From Tubiluchus corallicola (Eukaryota; Animalia; Priapulida), in assembly GCA_030141605.1 (NCBI GenBank), contig JAQGDQ010000227.1, positions 296,458 through 360,457 on the forward strand: a stretch of 64,000 nt of DNA, read 5' to 3'. Positions 13,173-23,670 of this stretch are shown here, one piece after another. The notes beneath the pieces were generated by a model, which was not told the DNA's origin, ran no database searches, and was given only the letters and a program-made list of their open reading frames with translations. The stretch's first letter is position 1; each line of letters starts with the position of its first letter. A program made the position numbers and the translations under genes.

Positions 13173-13490
13173 TCGCCTTTAATTAAATCACGAAAAACTA
13201 TCATCTGTACATCTGGAAAAAAGTATTTTAATTTTGTATAAATAAAGTCTCGAGGCCCCAAGAATTCAAGATTTATTTTATAGTAGGTGCCGCTTAATAG
13301 ACTCAATCGCTTAATTGACTCAAAGACGCATGGCACGAACCGTTTATATTCAAATATACATAAAAACTAATTGACTGAAATAACTCAATATTTTGCCGTG
13401 ACATCCTTTAAAATAAGACACTTGCATTTGCCCAAATAGCCTTTCCTAGTTTTATGTCATTTTTACTTCGCTTCTGTGCACTATAATATA

Positions 13491-13750
13491 CAGTGTTCCC
13501 TCGCTACTTTGCGGTTTGTTTATCGCCGACTCGCTGTTTCGCGGGTTTTCAAAAATATTAATGTAAAATATTTATCGCGGTATTTTCGCTGTTTCGCGGG
13601 TTTTTGCGGTACTTCGTCTACAGTATTTTTGCACATGCGTAGTACGTATTGTACAGTAATAGATTTGATGAATTTTGCGTAAAAAATCATAAAATATTTA
13701 AAAACGAAATGTATTTGCGCCCGATTGAGATGCTACTTGCCGACGTGAGA
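13491..13750 (+). mobile_element. Tc1/pogo-type element end fragment
   Basis: TA|CAGTGTTCCCTCGCTA terminus with repeated tcgcgg subterminal motifs; other end not found. Confidence 0.5.
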
Positions 13751-14726
13751 TTGTACACAAAACACGATTGGTTAATTGATGGAAAGCGACCAACCAGTAT
13801 AAGTATTGATAAAAAACATTTTGTGGTAGTGTTTGAAATGTTTGGCAGCTATGGGTGTAGCTTTATCAGCATGGGCGCCGGCAGGCGGTACACTGACGCA
13901 CGTGCGTCCACAGAATTTCTTAAGAAATTTTTTTATGACTAAATGAAGTATAACAACCAATTGTTTGTTTGCGCAATCCCCGAGTAGTCAGCTGATCTGC
14001 ATAGTAAAGTATGTATATCACTATAGTGTCCATTCTCTTATCGATTCAGACAAGTTTTTAGCTAACTGTAACTGCACTTCTGCATTTAGGGGCTGGACCC
14101 AAGGGACCTGAGCCCCCTTTTCACAGTAATAGTGAAATTATGAATCACGAGTTTGAGGTGAATTTGGTCTACTGCAAAATGGTCTATAATGCAGTAAAAT
14201 TGCGTTTAGCCATGTCTGGTGGGAAAAATTAGCACGCACGCAAACATACTAAATTTTGTATGAACAATGGATGGGCTGTAAACTTAACAGTCTCAAATCA
14301 GTTTAATGTTTGACTGTCCACATTTTGCTGGATAGATAATCTTGACACTAAATAAATTAAGCTTAAGTAATGAGTGATCCTCATTGCACTGTATTACGAA
14401 CTTGCTTTTAAGATATATGACTAGTACAATAGAATACAATGAATATTACCTAGGTAAGTGTGGGTAAAACACATTTATTAAAGCAGAATTTTTCATGTTT
14501 GAGGAAGTTTATGTACCAGAATTTAGATCTCATTTGAGGTTTCTAAAATGTCATTAAATACAGAAAAATTTCCAATTTTTTAACCTCTGGAGGCACCCAT
14601 GTTTATCAGTAACATACCGAAGTGTGTTATTGACAAGGGAATAAATATTTCAGAGATCTCGCTGCCAAAAACTGAGTAAACACAAGTCTGTTAGTTTAGT
14701 TAGTATTATCAGGCATATGAAATTAC

Positions 14727-14848
14727 CTCATCCTCATGTCTACATCGTTATCGTTGTTATGACACATTGAACTGAATTTTGACACGAAGAAATCGTAGCA
14801 CCTGTGATAAGAAGGCGTGTCCTCCTCGATGTTGGCAAACTTCACAAA
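14727..14848 (-). CDS. EFR3: EFR3 exon 5 (FVKFANIEEDTPSYHRCYDFFVSKFSSMCHNNDNDVDMRMR)
   Basis: FVKFANIEEDTPSYHR signature; cag/gtaatt junctions. Confidence 0.95.
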
Positions 14849-14894
14849 CTGAAACAAAACAAAATACAGCAAGATAACAATCCGGTACTCCAGC

Positions 14895-15681
14895 CAGGGA
14901 TGTTACCAAAACTGAATTTATAAACCGAAACCGAAATTTATCAAACATAAGAAACCGATACCGAAACGAAACCGAACCGAAACATTTTCGCAAAACCAGC
15001 TATTATTAAAACTGAGAAAAACAAAATTCTAAAATAATTAAGTAAAATATTTTGTGTTTTTTGTTTGTTTGTTTTATTTGCTGTGACGCAAAATTGCTGA
15101 TAACAAAACACAAACATGTTTGATGGAATAGAATCTCAAGTTTGATGAAATGGGTTACCTAAGAAAAATTAATGTGTTTCAATATTTTTCGATTTAAGTA
15201 TCCTTAATGATTAACATTTAAAGATCACAATGCTTCATTAAAAATAAAAATATTTTATCTTATAGATATTTTGCTGCCTATATTTCATAGTTTATAAAAT
15301 TAAATGCGATGATTTTGCTCAAATAAATTCAAACCTGGTTTGCTATTTCGGTTGACTGGGCCCCTGGAGACCCTAAGACTTCACAGTGGTCAGCAATGAA
15401 CATATGCCGCATTGCTGTGAAAAGCATGTCACAAACTGTTATGTAAATGAAATTTTCCCTTTATATGAACTAATTTAGCCAAAACTTTTCAGCGGTTTTT
15501 GGCATCTAGGAGAAAAGAAAAGATAAATTGGAATAATACTTGTAAAACCTCGAAAATTGGTACCGAAAAATATCTGAGATTTCGGCTACGAAACTTAACA
15601 AATTTTGCCGAAACCGAAACTTAAACGAAAGCGCAATTATCGGCGAATTGAACCAAAAGTTTAGTTTTGGTAACATTCCCG
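14895..15681. mobile_element. hAT-type MITE
   Basis: TIR CAGGGATGTTACCAAAACT / AGTTTTGGTAACATTCCCG; aaccga subterminal repeats; degenerate 8-bp TSD actccagc/attcctgc. Confidence 0.75.
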
Positions 15682-16413
15682 ATTCCTGCCTGGTATTTCC
15701 TAGGACTCTGTGAGCATGTGAACTTCTGTACCCTAAGAAAAATTGTGCACAACAGTAACAGGATGACGAATTTCATTAGATTAAACATTGCATTTACAAC
15801 GCACAAGTAGTTGTTACATTGAAAGCTGTAATGGCCGCTTAAAAATGGTTTACAACAGCCATAGTCTTTCCATTGTTGCCGCAAAAATTAACTAGTCTGG
15901 AATGAGAAGCATTGGGTCATTCCGCTGTCAGGATATATCATCTAGAATGCCACTATGTTGTTGTCATGAATCCGTTCCTTCTTGAGATTTATTGCAAATA
16001 TAATTCAAATCCAAGTCTTGGCAAGGCTTATCTTATCTTAAACACCCAAACGATCCCATACGTGTGACTTACATGTACCAACTTTCTAATTTCTGAATTT
16101 TAGTATCTATATCAGCACACACACAATCTGACCGCAAATCAGCAATGCGTTTGTCATATTTCAACCGCTGATTCACAGTGATTATCGCAAGAGCAAAAAT
16201 CTTTGTAGCCGGCAAAAATGTCAACTAGCTCGACTCCGATCACTGAGCGGATGGGGCAACTAAAGCTGGGTTTCTTATCAGCTAAGTAGACTGTAGAAGT
16301 AAACCGGATGGATCACCTGAAACGGCACGGCTCTGGCCTCTACTAATAAGAACTATAACTAACAGAGTTCATTAATACATGAATAAATGGAACTGCAAAT
16401 GAAAGTTGTTTAA

Positions 16414-17080
16414 AGGACAAGAAAAGGGGCACCTGAAGTAGGCTTCAGAAAAATCGCCTTAGAAATTATATTACTTTACGGCAATTTTATGCACATATCG
16501 TATTCGCGTTGAAAGGAATTTTCGTTTTTTTCATTTTAAATTTCACGCAATACTATTCCGACGGCGCCATTACATCACGTCACTATGCAAACGTAAATCA
16601 GGGAAAGAAAAGACAATGTTAAATTATAACCCAAAAAACTTTCCATGCAAATCTATATTACTTAGCATTTCACTTGGAATGACCTGCTGGAAAGACTTAC
16701 GTAACTAGACTAATAATTTAAAATGTTTGTGCCAATTTGTAAAATGTCGCTGACTCACCCTCCAGGGTGCACCACTCACTAGCCAAAAATGTATTTTTTA
16801 TGATATTGAACAAGGTACAGTAATTTAAAATTTTACTTAATAAGCAACATGTGCGCTACAAATGCTCTGATTACTTTTTGAAACTTTACTTAATGTTATC
16901 AAAACTTGCTTCAGACGACCTACCATTAAAATGGCTGCGCCTAACGGTCATCGAGGGAGTTTAAATTTACACGTTTTATACAGCGTTACGGCCGATGCAA
17001 CTCATGCATACGAAAGGGTAGTATGTAAGCGGTGTAAAATTTCGAGACGAATTTTTCAAGCTTAATATAAATGGAGGGTT
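16414..17080 (+). mobile_element. MITE family A copy (3' TIR truncated)
   Basis: Co-linear with 8164-8833. Confidence 0.85.
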
Positions 17081-17108
17081 TAAAGATACAGAAGACAATG
17101 ACACTCAC

Positions 17109-17259
17109 TGACTGTGTTGCCAATATCTTCAGGTCCGGCTCAGGACATTCTAAGAGCTTCTGCACCATTTTGAGAAAACTTTCAACAAACAAGTTGAGCG
17201 TCTGTGCATGACAAGCCAACAGCAGCTGATCCAATGCTTCCATGGATATTATCACAAAC
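17109..17259 (-). CDS. EFR3: EFR3 exon 4 (FVIISMEALDQLLLACHAQTLNLFVESFLKMVQKLLECPEPDLKILATQS)
   Basis: MEALDQLL.ACH and FVESFL.MV.KLLE motifs; cag/gtgagt junctions; frame consistent. Confidence 0.95.
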
Positions 17260-17323
17260 CTGTAAATTAATAAAAAAGCTTGGTTATTGATGATGAAGAT
17301 AGATCTTTATTTGCACAATATAT

Positions 17324-17331
17324 ACACACAT

Positions 17332-17404
<73 letters not shown>
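17324..17404. repeat. (CA)n microsatellite
   Basis: Direct observation. Confidence 0.97.
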
Positions 17405-17406
<2 letters not shown>

Positions 17407-17430
17407 TCAATAATATATAATATATACATA

Positions 17431-17763
17431 CCGTATATACTCGCATATAAGCCGAATTTAGAACTATAAAATACAATACTGAAATCAGGGGGTCGGCTTA
17501 TATGCGCATGAAACAAAATGAACACAAGGACAGACACTAATGCCAATTTTCCAGCCACACATTTTCATCGCTATCTGACTCTTTATTTGGTTGTGTGTCA
17601 CCAGTGGTGTATTGGAGGGGGATCGTGGGGGTGGGGGGGTGGAGTAAAATTAGACAAGTTGATGGTCGGCTTATATACGGGTTTTTGCAAAAACTGGCCA
17701 TTTTAAAGCAGTTTTAGGGGGTCGGCTTATATGCGATGTAGGCTTATATGCGTGTATATACGG
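17431..17763. mobile_element. Tc1/mariner-pogo type MITE
   Basis: TA|CCGTATATACTCGCATATAAGCC ... GGCTTATATGCGTGTATATACGG|TA. Confidence 0.88.
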
Positions 17764-17799
17764 TACATATATATATATGCAAGGCGTCTATTTGCAGGC

Positions 17800-18195
17800 C
17801 AATAATTCTGCCCTGTATCACGATATAAGAGTGCATACACAACACGGTGAATTATAATTATGTCCTTCATACATGTACCACAAACTTGCTTAATAAACAT
17901 TTTAGCATAATATATGTAATATAAATGATAATAAATGTATAATATATAATAAATGAAATGACAGCAGATATTATAGCAGTATTAAAATCAGGAGACAGTG
18001 AGGTATCGCCATATAGTAGTATTTGGATATTGTTCAGAGACAGTGTATTTATAGGATAGGTATACTGGGTACGGATTTGCTGGTAAAGTGGATAGTGCAT
18101 AAGAAAATTGTTGGGATCTTCATAGGGAGCGCCACAGGAGCACTGTGGAGAAGGGGCAATGAAATTAGAATACATGTGTGCTTTTAGTAAACTGC
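17800..18195 (-). mobile_element. LINE (CR1/L2-group-like) 3'-end remnant in EFR3 intron 3
   Basis: SPQCSCGAPYEDPNNFLMHYPLYQQIR...ILLYGDTSLS...N..I..AV..FI is the C-terminal pattern of LINE ORF2. Confidence 0.7.
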
Positions 18196-18206
18196 AATAT
18201 AAATAC

Positions 18207-18334
18207 CCTTTTTGATGTCTGGATATATTCTTATTCAGCTTCTGTGCAAGGTACTCGCCAATGCGATCAAGTTTCTCCGGTGACGACATGGCATAAAACG
18301 TAAGCTTCCCCATATTGCTTCTATTAAGTCCATC
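18207..18334 (-). CDS. EFR3: EFR3 exon 3 (DGLNRSNMGKLTFYAMSSPEKLDRIGEYLAQKLNKNISRHQKG)
   Basis: KLTFYA..PEKLDRIG.YL signature; tag acceptor, gtattt donor. Confidence 0.95.
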
Positions 18335-18664
18335 CTACAATACAGAAAGGCTGACACATAACAGAAGTTCGACTGCGGGCATTGTATAACAGACGTTCGA
18401 AACGTTTTGACAGTCTCATCAGATTTCAGACACTTGTGTATTGTTATGTTTTTAAAGACCAACTAAGATTTTAAGAAGGTCCAACATAGAATATGGTGGC
18501 TAATTACTAAGCTTGTGTAAGAATTATTTGATAGAAATGATAAAGTAAAATATGCATACAGAAAAATAATAGCAACACATCTTAACTTTTAACTACAGCA
18601 CTTTTACATTTTTAACATACACAGAATGGTATCTCGTCTTACATACTTCACTCATTTCCATTAA

Positions 18665-18940
18665 AGGAAAACTGGACGATTGATCAAACTCAATCTCAAT
18701 TTAATTTGCTGTCCAAAATATACATTTTCCTGCCAATGAAAGTTAGCAGTTGTTTCTGATGTATGAATAATTACCTTGGAAACTTAATTAACGGCAACCG
18801 AACACAGCTGTTACCAGAGGGCGCCATTGCCTGTTTTAGGTTATTCGCTGAGCCGCGCGTAGCTTTGAATTAACAAAAATTTAACTATCCGACGTAGCTA
18901 TTATTTAATCTAAGCTTTGATTTAAAACAAACTGTTTCCT
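18665..18940 (-). mobile_element. MITE family B, internally deleted inverted copy
   Basis: TTAA|AGGAAAACTGGACGATTG...; aacggcaaccgaacacagct is the reverse complement of the family B core. Confidence 0.7.
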
Positions 18941-19500
18941 TTAATATTTCAGTTGCATCTCCATTTCCTACGTGAAGATAAATGGAGAATTAGTCTCTAC
19001 TTTTTTTAGTTGTTAAATAATGACTATGACTACAACGTGTTTTATAGACTTTGTTTCATTATTGCTCTAATCGATTTGCAGTAATGCACAAGCAAATACA
19101 GTAATAATACAGAGAGCTGTTGTTTATGGCTGGTACAGACCACTTTCACTATACTCTTCTATCATTGATCCCACACAAAATCAAATTACAGTTTCATTTT
19201 TCCTTCTTTATGACTGTTCGTTTTCCTAGAAACTTCCTGGAAAGAAGGACGAGCTCTTATTGAGCAGTTTATCGGATTTGCACTGGTGCTTCGTGTAAAC
19301 TTTTGCTTCTTATATGAAAATTAGAAGTTTTAAAACTTCAACTAGTTCAGTGTGCAGGTATGCGTGATATGTTCGATCTCTGCACAATAGTTTCTTATAT
19401 TCCTTTATTAACTTTAATACAGTTTCAGTTCTTTTTTTAAATCATGTAATTCCCTTAGACCCAAATTATCCCTAAAACTAGACCACAATTATTTAAAGTA

Positions 19501-19620
19501 CAGTGATACCTCGAGATACGAAATTAATTCGTTCCGGAGGGGCTTTCATATCGAAGAATTTTCGTATTATGAGACAAGATTTACCCTATAAATAGTGTTA
19601 TTCGTTCCAGTAAACAGTCG
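19501..19620 (+). mobile_element. Tigger/pogo-like terminal fragment
   Basis: TA|CAGTGATACCTCGAGATACGAAATTAATTCGTTCC terminus. Confidence 0.45.
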
Positions 19621-19961
19621 TATAAAGTGTAAATATTTTACCAACCCGAAAGAAATATGTTCGTTAATGACAACATAATCATTTTGGTGTCCCTTTGTGT
19701 AGTCCTTACGTAGGTCCTCTGTCAAGGGTAGAGATGTTTGTGGTTTTTTGCTGCTAAAAGAGCAGCGGGAGAGCAGGAAAGAGTTAAAAGAGATTCAGTG
19801 GTGATTTCATAGTGACTCAACAATGTGTCTTACTTGTTTGGAGTGGAGTAGTTTCTAATATTTTTTGTTGTTGAATGCAAATAGTAGACTTAGTATTTCG
19901 TACGTCGTGTGTGCATGCTGAAATAAAAGGTGAATTGAAATGAATTGTGTTCAGTACTCAT

Positions 19962-19964
<3 letters not shown>

Positions 19965-20000
<36 letters not shown>

Positions 20001-20258
20001 TAATCTTTATTTGAAGTCGGCTTTTTCGATCAACAATTACCATAAGCTCCGAAGAGATTTTGGGCCCGACTATAAACAACAACCTACAACTACATAACAC
20101 AGACTATTATTAACCCACTTTTACCCTAAATACCATGCGTCAGGCAGGGCAACAGCAGGCACCATTTTTAAAGTCTTTGGTATGACTCCGCCGCTGTATC
20201 GAACTCATGACCTCCCGGACAGAAAGCAAACGTGTTACCACTAGACCAAACTGTCTGG
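19965..20258 (-). mobile_element. tRNA-derived SINE (Meta/MESC-domain-like) with (TTA)n tail
   Basis: Minus strand: A box TGGTCTAGTGG, B box GAGTTCGATAC, then GTCATACCAAAGACTTTAAAAATGGT core; second copy at 54295-54622. Confidence 0.8.
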
Positions 20259-20393
20259 TCAATAATCGAAGTTAGTAAATAGACAGGAAGTTTAAGCCCG
20301 AGGTCAGTTAATCACGACACACCTACACATGGCGATATATCCCGTTAACGTACAATTAATGCAGCTCTTGATGGTAATAAGATCCATATTTAA

Positions 20394-20941
20394 AGGATAG
20401 CCAGACGATTATGTAGACATTAGTTCAAAATAAAGCATGCTCTAAAATACTGAAAACTACAACAGCTTTTTTAAAATCAAAGCTTAGATTAAATAATAAT
20501 TATTTCGGGTAGTTAAATTTTGTTAAACCTTCAAAATTACGTGCGGCTCAGTGAATCTACTAAGATTGGCAATGGCACTTTTTTCACATTCACGTGGCCG
20601 ACAAAAAAGTGCAGTATTGTGATAAGCGTGATCATGAACTGCAGTGTTAGTTTCATGATGTCATATGATGTAAAGCACATTTTTCCTGACATCACGCGTT
20701 TAAACCTGTACTCTAACACCTATGCAAATGTGCTTGACGCACAAGGGAAGATGCCTGCCATTGCACAAACTGTGGTTAGTTTCTGACATAAGCAATAGCT
20801 GTGTTCGGTTGTCCTTAATTAACTTTCTAAGCTAATTATTCAAATGTAAGGAACAACTGTTAACTTTTAAAGGCAAGAAAATCTATATTTTGGACAGTAA
20901 ATTAAAATGAGATGGAGTCTAAACAATCATCTGGTCTTTCT
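20394..20941 (+). mobile_element. MITE family B copy
   Basis: Co-linear with 9095-9633; a further partial copy follows at about 21150-21430. Confidence 0.85.
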
Positions 20942-21577
20942 TTAAAATAATACTGGGCGTAACGGTCATTACAGGAGTTTAAATGCTCAAGTTTTATGTA
21001 ACGTTGCTGGTAATACAACTTACTCAAGCTTTGTAAGTTGGGTACAGTAGGATAACATAATTGATACAAAATTTCAAGCGATTTTAGCTTTACTTGAGAG
21101 TTCTGCTTTTTGTCTTTTAACTCTGTCTGTTCGTCAGTAACATCAGTGTGATGTGCAGCTCATTCTCGTGACATCACATCCAGCATCTTATAGGAATCTT
21201 CGCTTAAACAAACATACTTGACGCGCAGGGAAGATGCCTACCATTGCACAAACTATGGCTAGTTTGTAGTGTAAGCTATAGCTGTCTTCGGTTGCCATTC
21301 ACGGTAACTACTCCATGGCAACTATTCAAATATTACAAACAATTGCTAACTTTTGTAGACAAAAAAATGTATATTTTGGACAGTTAATTAAAGTGAGATT
21401 GAGTCTAATCAATTGTCCGGTTTTCCCTAACTGGAAATGAGTGAAGTATGTAAGACGAGGTACTTTAACCACATTTGTGCATTAATGTCTTAATTAAAAG
21501 CTTATGCCCAAAGACACTGCTTAATCATTTCTCATTTATCACCATTACAAGCACTGAAACTAATATTCTAATCTTAC

Positions 21578-21660
21578 CTGTGGATTTACAGGAAATATAT
21601 TGTCCACGAGAATTTTATAGCGAGGCTTGCATGTATTGAAGCAGCAAGCGCAACACATGT
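21578..21660 (-). CDS. EFR3: EFR3 exon 2 (DMCCACCFNTCKPRYKILVDNIFPVNPQ)
   Basis: ttttttcag acceptor, gtaaga donor; Cys-rich palmitoylation cluster plus PRYK.LVDNIFP motif typical of EFR3. Confidence 0.95.
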
Positions 21661-21815
21661 CTGAAAAAAACAACTGCTGCTACAACATTTTCATTTCTAT
21701 TGTAAAACAGATTAAGTTTTCGCCAATGTTTGGTTAATAGTTATTTTACTTTGAGACCTAAAGCTTTACGAAATATGTGCTAAAGCGTTTGCTGCAATTT
21801 GCAAACTGCAGCTAA

Positions 21816-22333
21816 TAGGGTTGACACCCCGTCATGAACCAAAGTCAAGAGTCAAGAGTCAAGAGCTAAGGGTCTGTAAGCTCCCCCACTGCGCCAGTGA
21901 ATCCCTCGACTGAGTCGTGGAAACCAAGTATTTCTTGCATTTTATGAGACCTTTTCAAAAACTAAAATCAAGAAATTTAAAATGCTTGCTTTTAGACTCT
22001 AAAAAGGTCCTGTTTGCTGCTGCAACAAAAATTGGTGACAAATGTATACACCTAGATGGGGCGAAACGATGAAGCCATATACCTGATACCAATTAAAGTT
22101 AATTTAACAAGTTTATTACCTTAGTAACAGAGACTGGGTGGTTTTTTGGCTTAATATTTTGCAAAATTTCGATAGCAGGCAAGTTGTAGATCAGTTTTTT
22201 TCCACTTAAATTTCAATGTGATGGTCAAAATCAGGAGATTTCGGAATTTTTCAAAAATCCGACCGAAACTACGAATCTAGGTCTGAATTTCAGGAGACTC
22301 GTGGGGGCCAAATCGGGAGTGGTGGCAATCCTA
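21816..22333. mobile_element. hAT-type MITE (TAGGGTTGCCACC-like ends)
   Basis: TAGGGTTGACACC / GGTGGCAATCCTA; degenerate 8-bp TSD gcagctaa/gtggctaa. Confidence 0.7.
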
Positions 22334-23309
22334 GTGGCTAAGTGGGTGCGGAATGGAATTCCTTGGGTGCTTGGTTAGTATTTTACATTGTTTTCACATT
22401 TAGTAACATGAAAACTTGATAAAGAAAAGCCACCAAGATTCAGACACAGCGTAAATTATTATCTGCTGTTTTAAAATATCAGTGTCTTGACTGAAAATTG
22501 ACTTTCAACTTTCACTAACTTTGATTCACACAAACACATCTAAATATCACCGAAGAAAGCAGCAAAGGCATGAGATACATAATTTGCTTACAGTTGTTTA
22601 TTTACTGATTTGAGGATTGAAAATATGATCAAAAAGATTTCAAGGCAAGTTGAGCAAATACCATCTTGTGAATACAGAAATCTTGTAGATGTTTAGAATA
22701 CATACATGTATTTAACAAAAAGTGCTTTTTTCCATTCAGTGCCTTCTGGAATTCATTTCGGGTAATGATTTTTATAACAGCGTCTACCACCAATTTTTTT
22801 AATGTCATTATTTAAAACTAGCATTTCATTTTAGTTCCACAGCTTGAGAAGTATTGGACGTCCGGTTAAGACACTAATTCCAAGAGTTATCGTAGAAAAC
22901 TCAAAGAATGAGACAATGAAATTTAATTATTAGTGTAAATTTAACATTGGTAGTTTTATTACATTGAAATGTGGTAAAGTGGCGAGAAATTAAGATAACC
23001 GTGACCAAGTTCAGCTGAAAACAGGTCCAGCAGAAATAAAAAGCAAATAGGCCTTTAACTACGCTGTCAAAAGGCAACAGACGCAAAGGGCCTATTTTCT
23101 TTTTATTTTTCGAAATAGCATGGACAAAATAAATTATTCTATTCTATACACTTATTAAATTATTTTATTAAAGCAATGCCAAATAATAAATCTTTGAATT
23201 ACTGTATTAACTCGCGTAAATTGACATAATAATTTTTAGGCTTAGATAACCTCTTTAATCGTATTACGTAGGCCTATGTCATGTCATCCTCGTTATCAGC
23301 GATACTCAC

Positions 23310-23316
23310 CCGGCAT
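23310..23316 (-). CDS. EFR3: EFR3 homolog, coding exon 1 (ATGCCGG, 7 nt)
   Basis: ATG CCG G|gtgagt strong donor; phase 1 fits the exon 2 acceptor; very short first coding exon, as in vertebrate EFR3 genes. Confidence 0.7.
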
Positions 23317-23581
23317 CAGGTCAACAAGAAACTTTTCTTGCTCGCGAAATTAATTGCAGGGTCATTAAATGTTATTTGCTTTTATAATTAAGATTGCCGG
23401 CAAGGTTTCCTGTTCTATGTGAAACACTAATAAAAAATGGTCATCACGTTAAATAGTTATGATACAGAAATGCAGAGAACAGTGAAAATTATAACGAAAC
23501 AACATGAGAAAAGTTTTCCACAGATGTCGCCACCAAAGAACGAAGCTTAAAACAGAAACATTTCAAAACACTGAATGTGTC

Positions 23582-23670
23582 GCCCCCGTGGCGCAATGGA
23601 TAGCGCGTCGGACTTCTAGTGGTTTACATAAGTTATTCGGAGGCTGCGGGTTCGAGTCCCGCCGGGGGTG
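23582..23670 (+). tRNA. trnR-TCT: tRNA-Arg(TCT) with a 16-nt canonical intron (23619-23634)
   Basis: Acceptor stem GCCCCCG/CGGGGGT; A box TGGCGCAATGG; anticodon TCT at 23615-17, intron after position 37; T-arm GGTTCGAGTCC; T6 Pol III terminator at 23673-78. Confidence 0.95.

Noticed and set aside
16986-17108. EFR3 exon 4 ORF extension into MITE family A
   Set aside because: Strong GTGAGT donor at 17108, and the extension is non-coding MITE sequence
18390-18430. CTGATGA on the minus strand as a possible hammerhead ribozyme core (also about 26590 in the Helitron)
   Set aside because: No well-paired stem II followed by GAAA could be built
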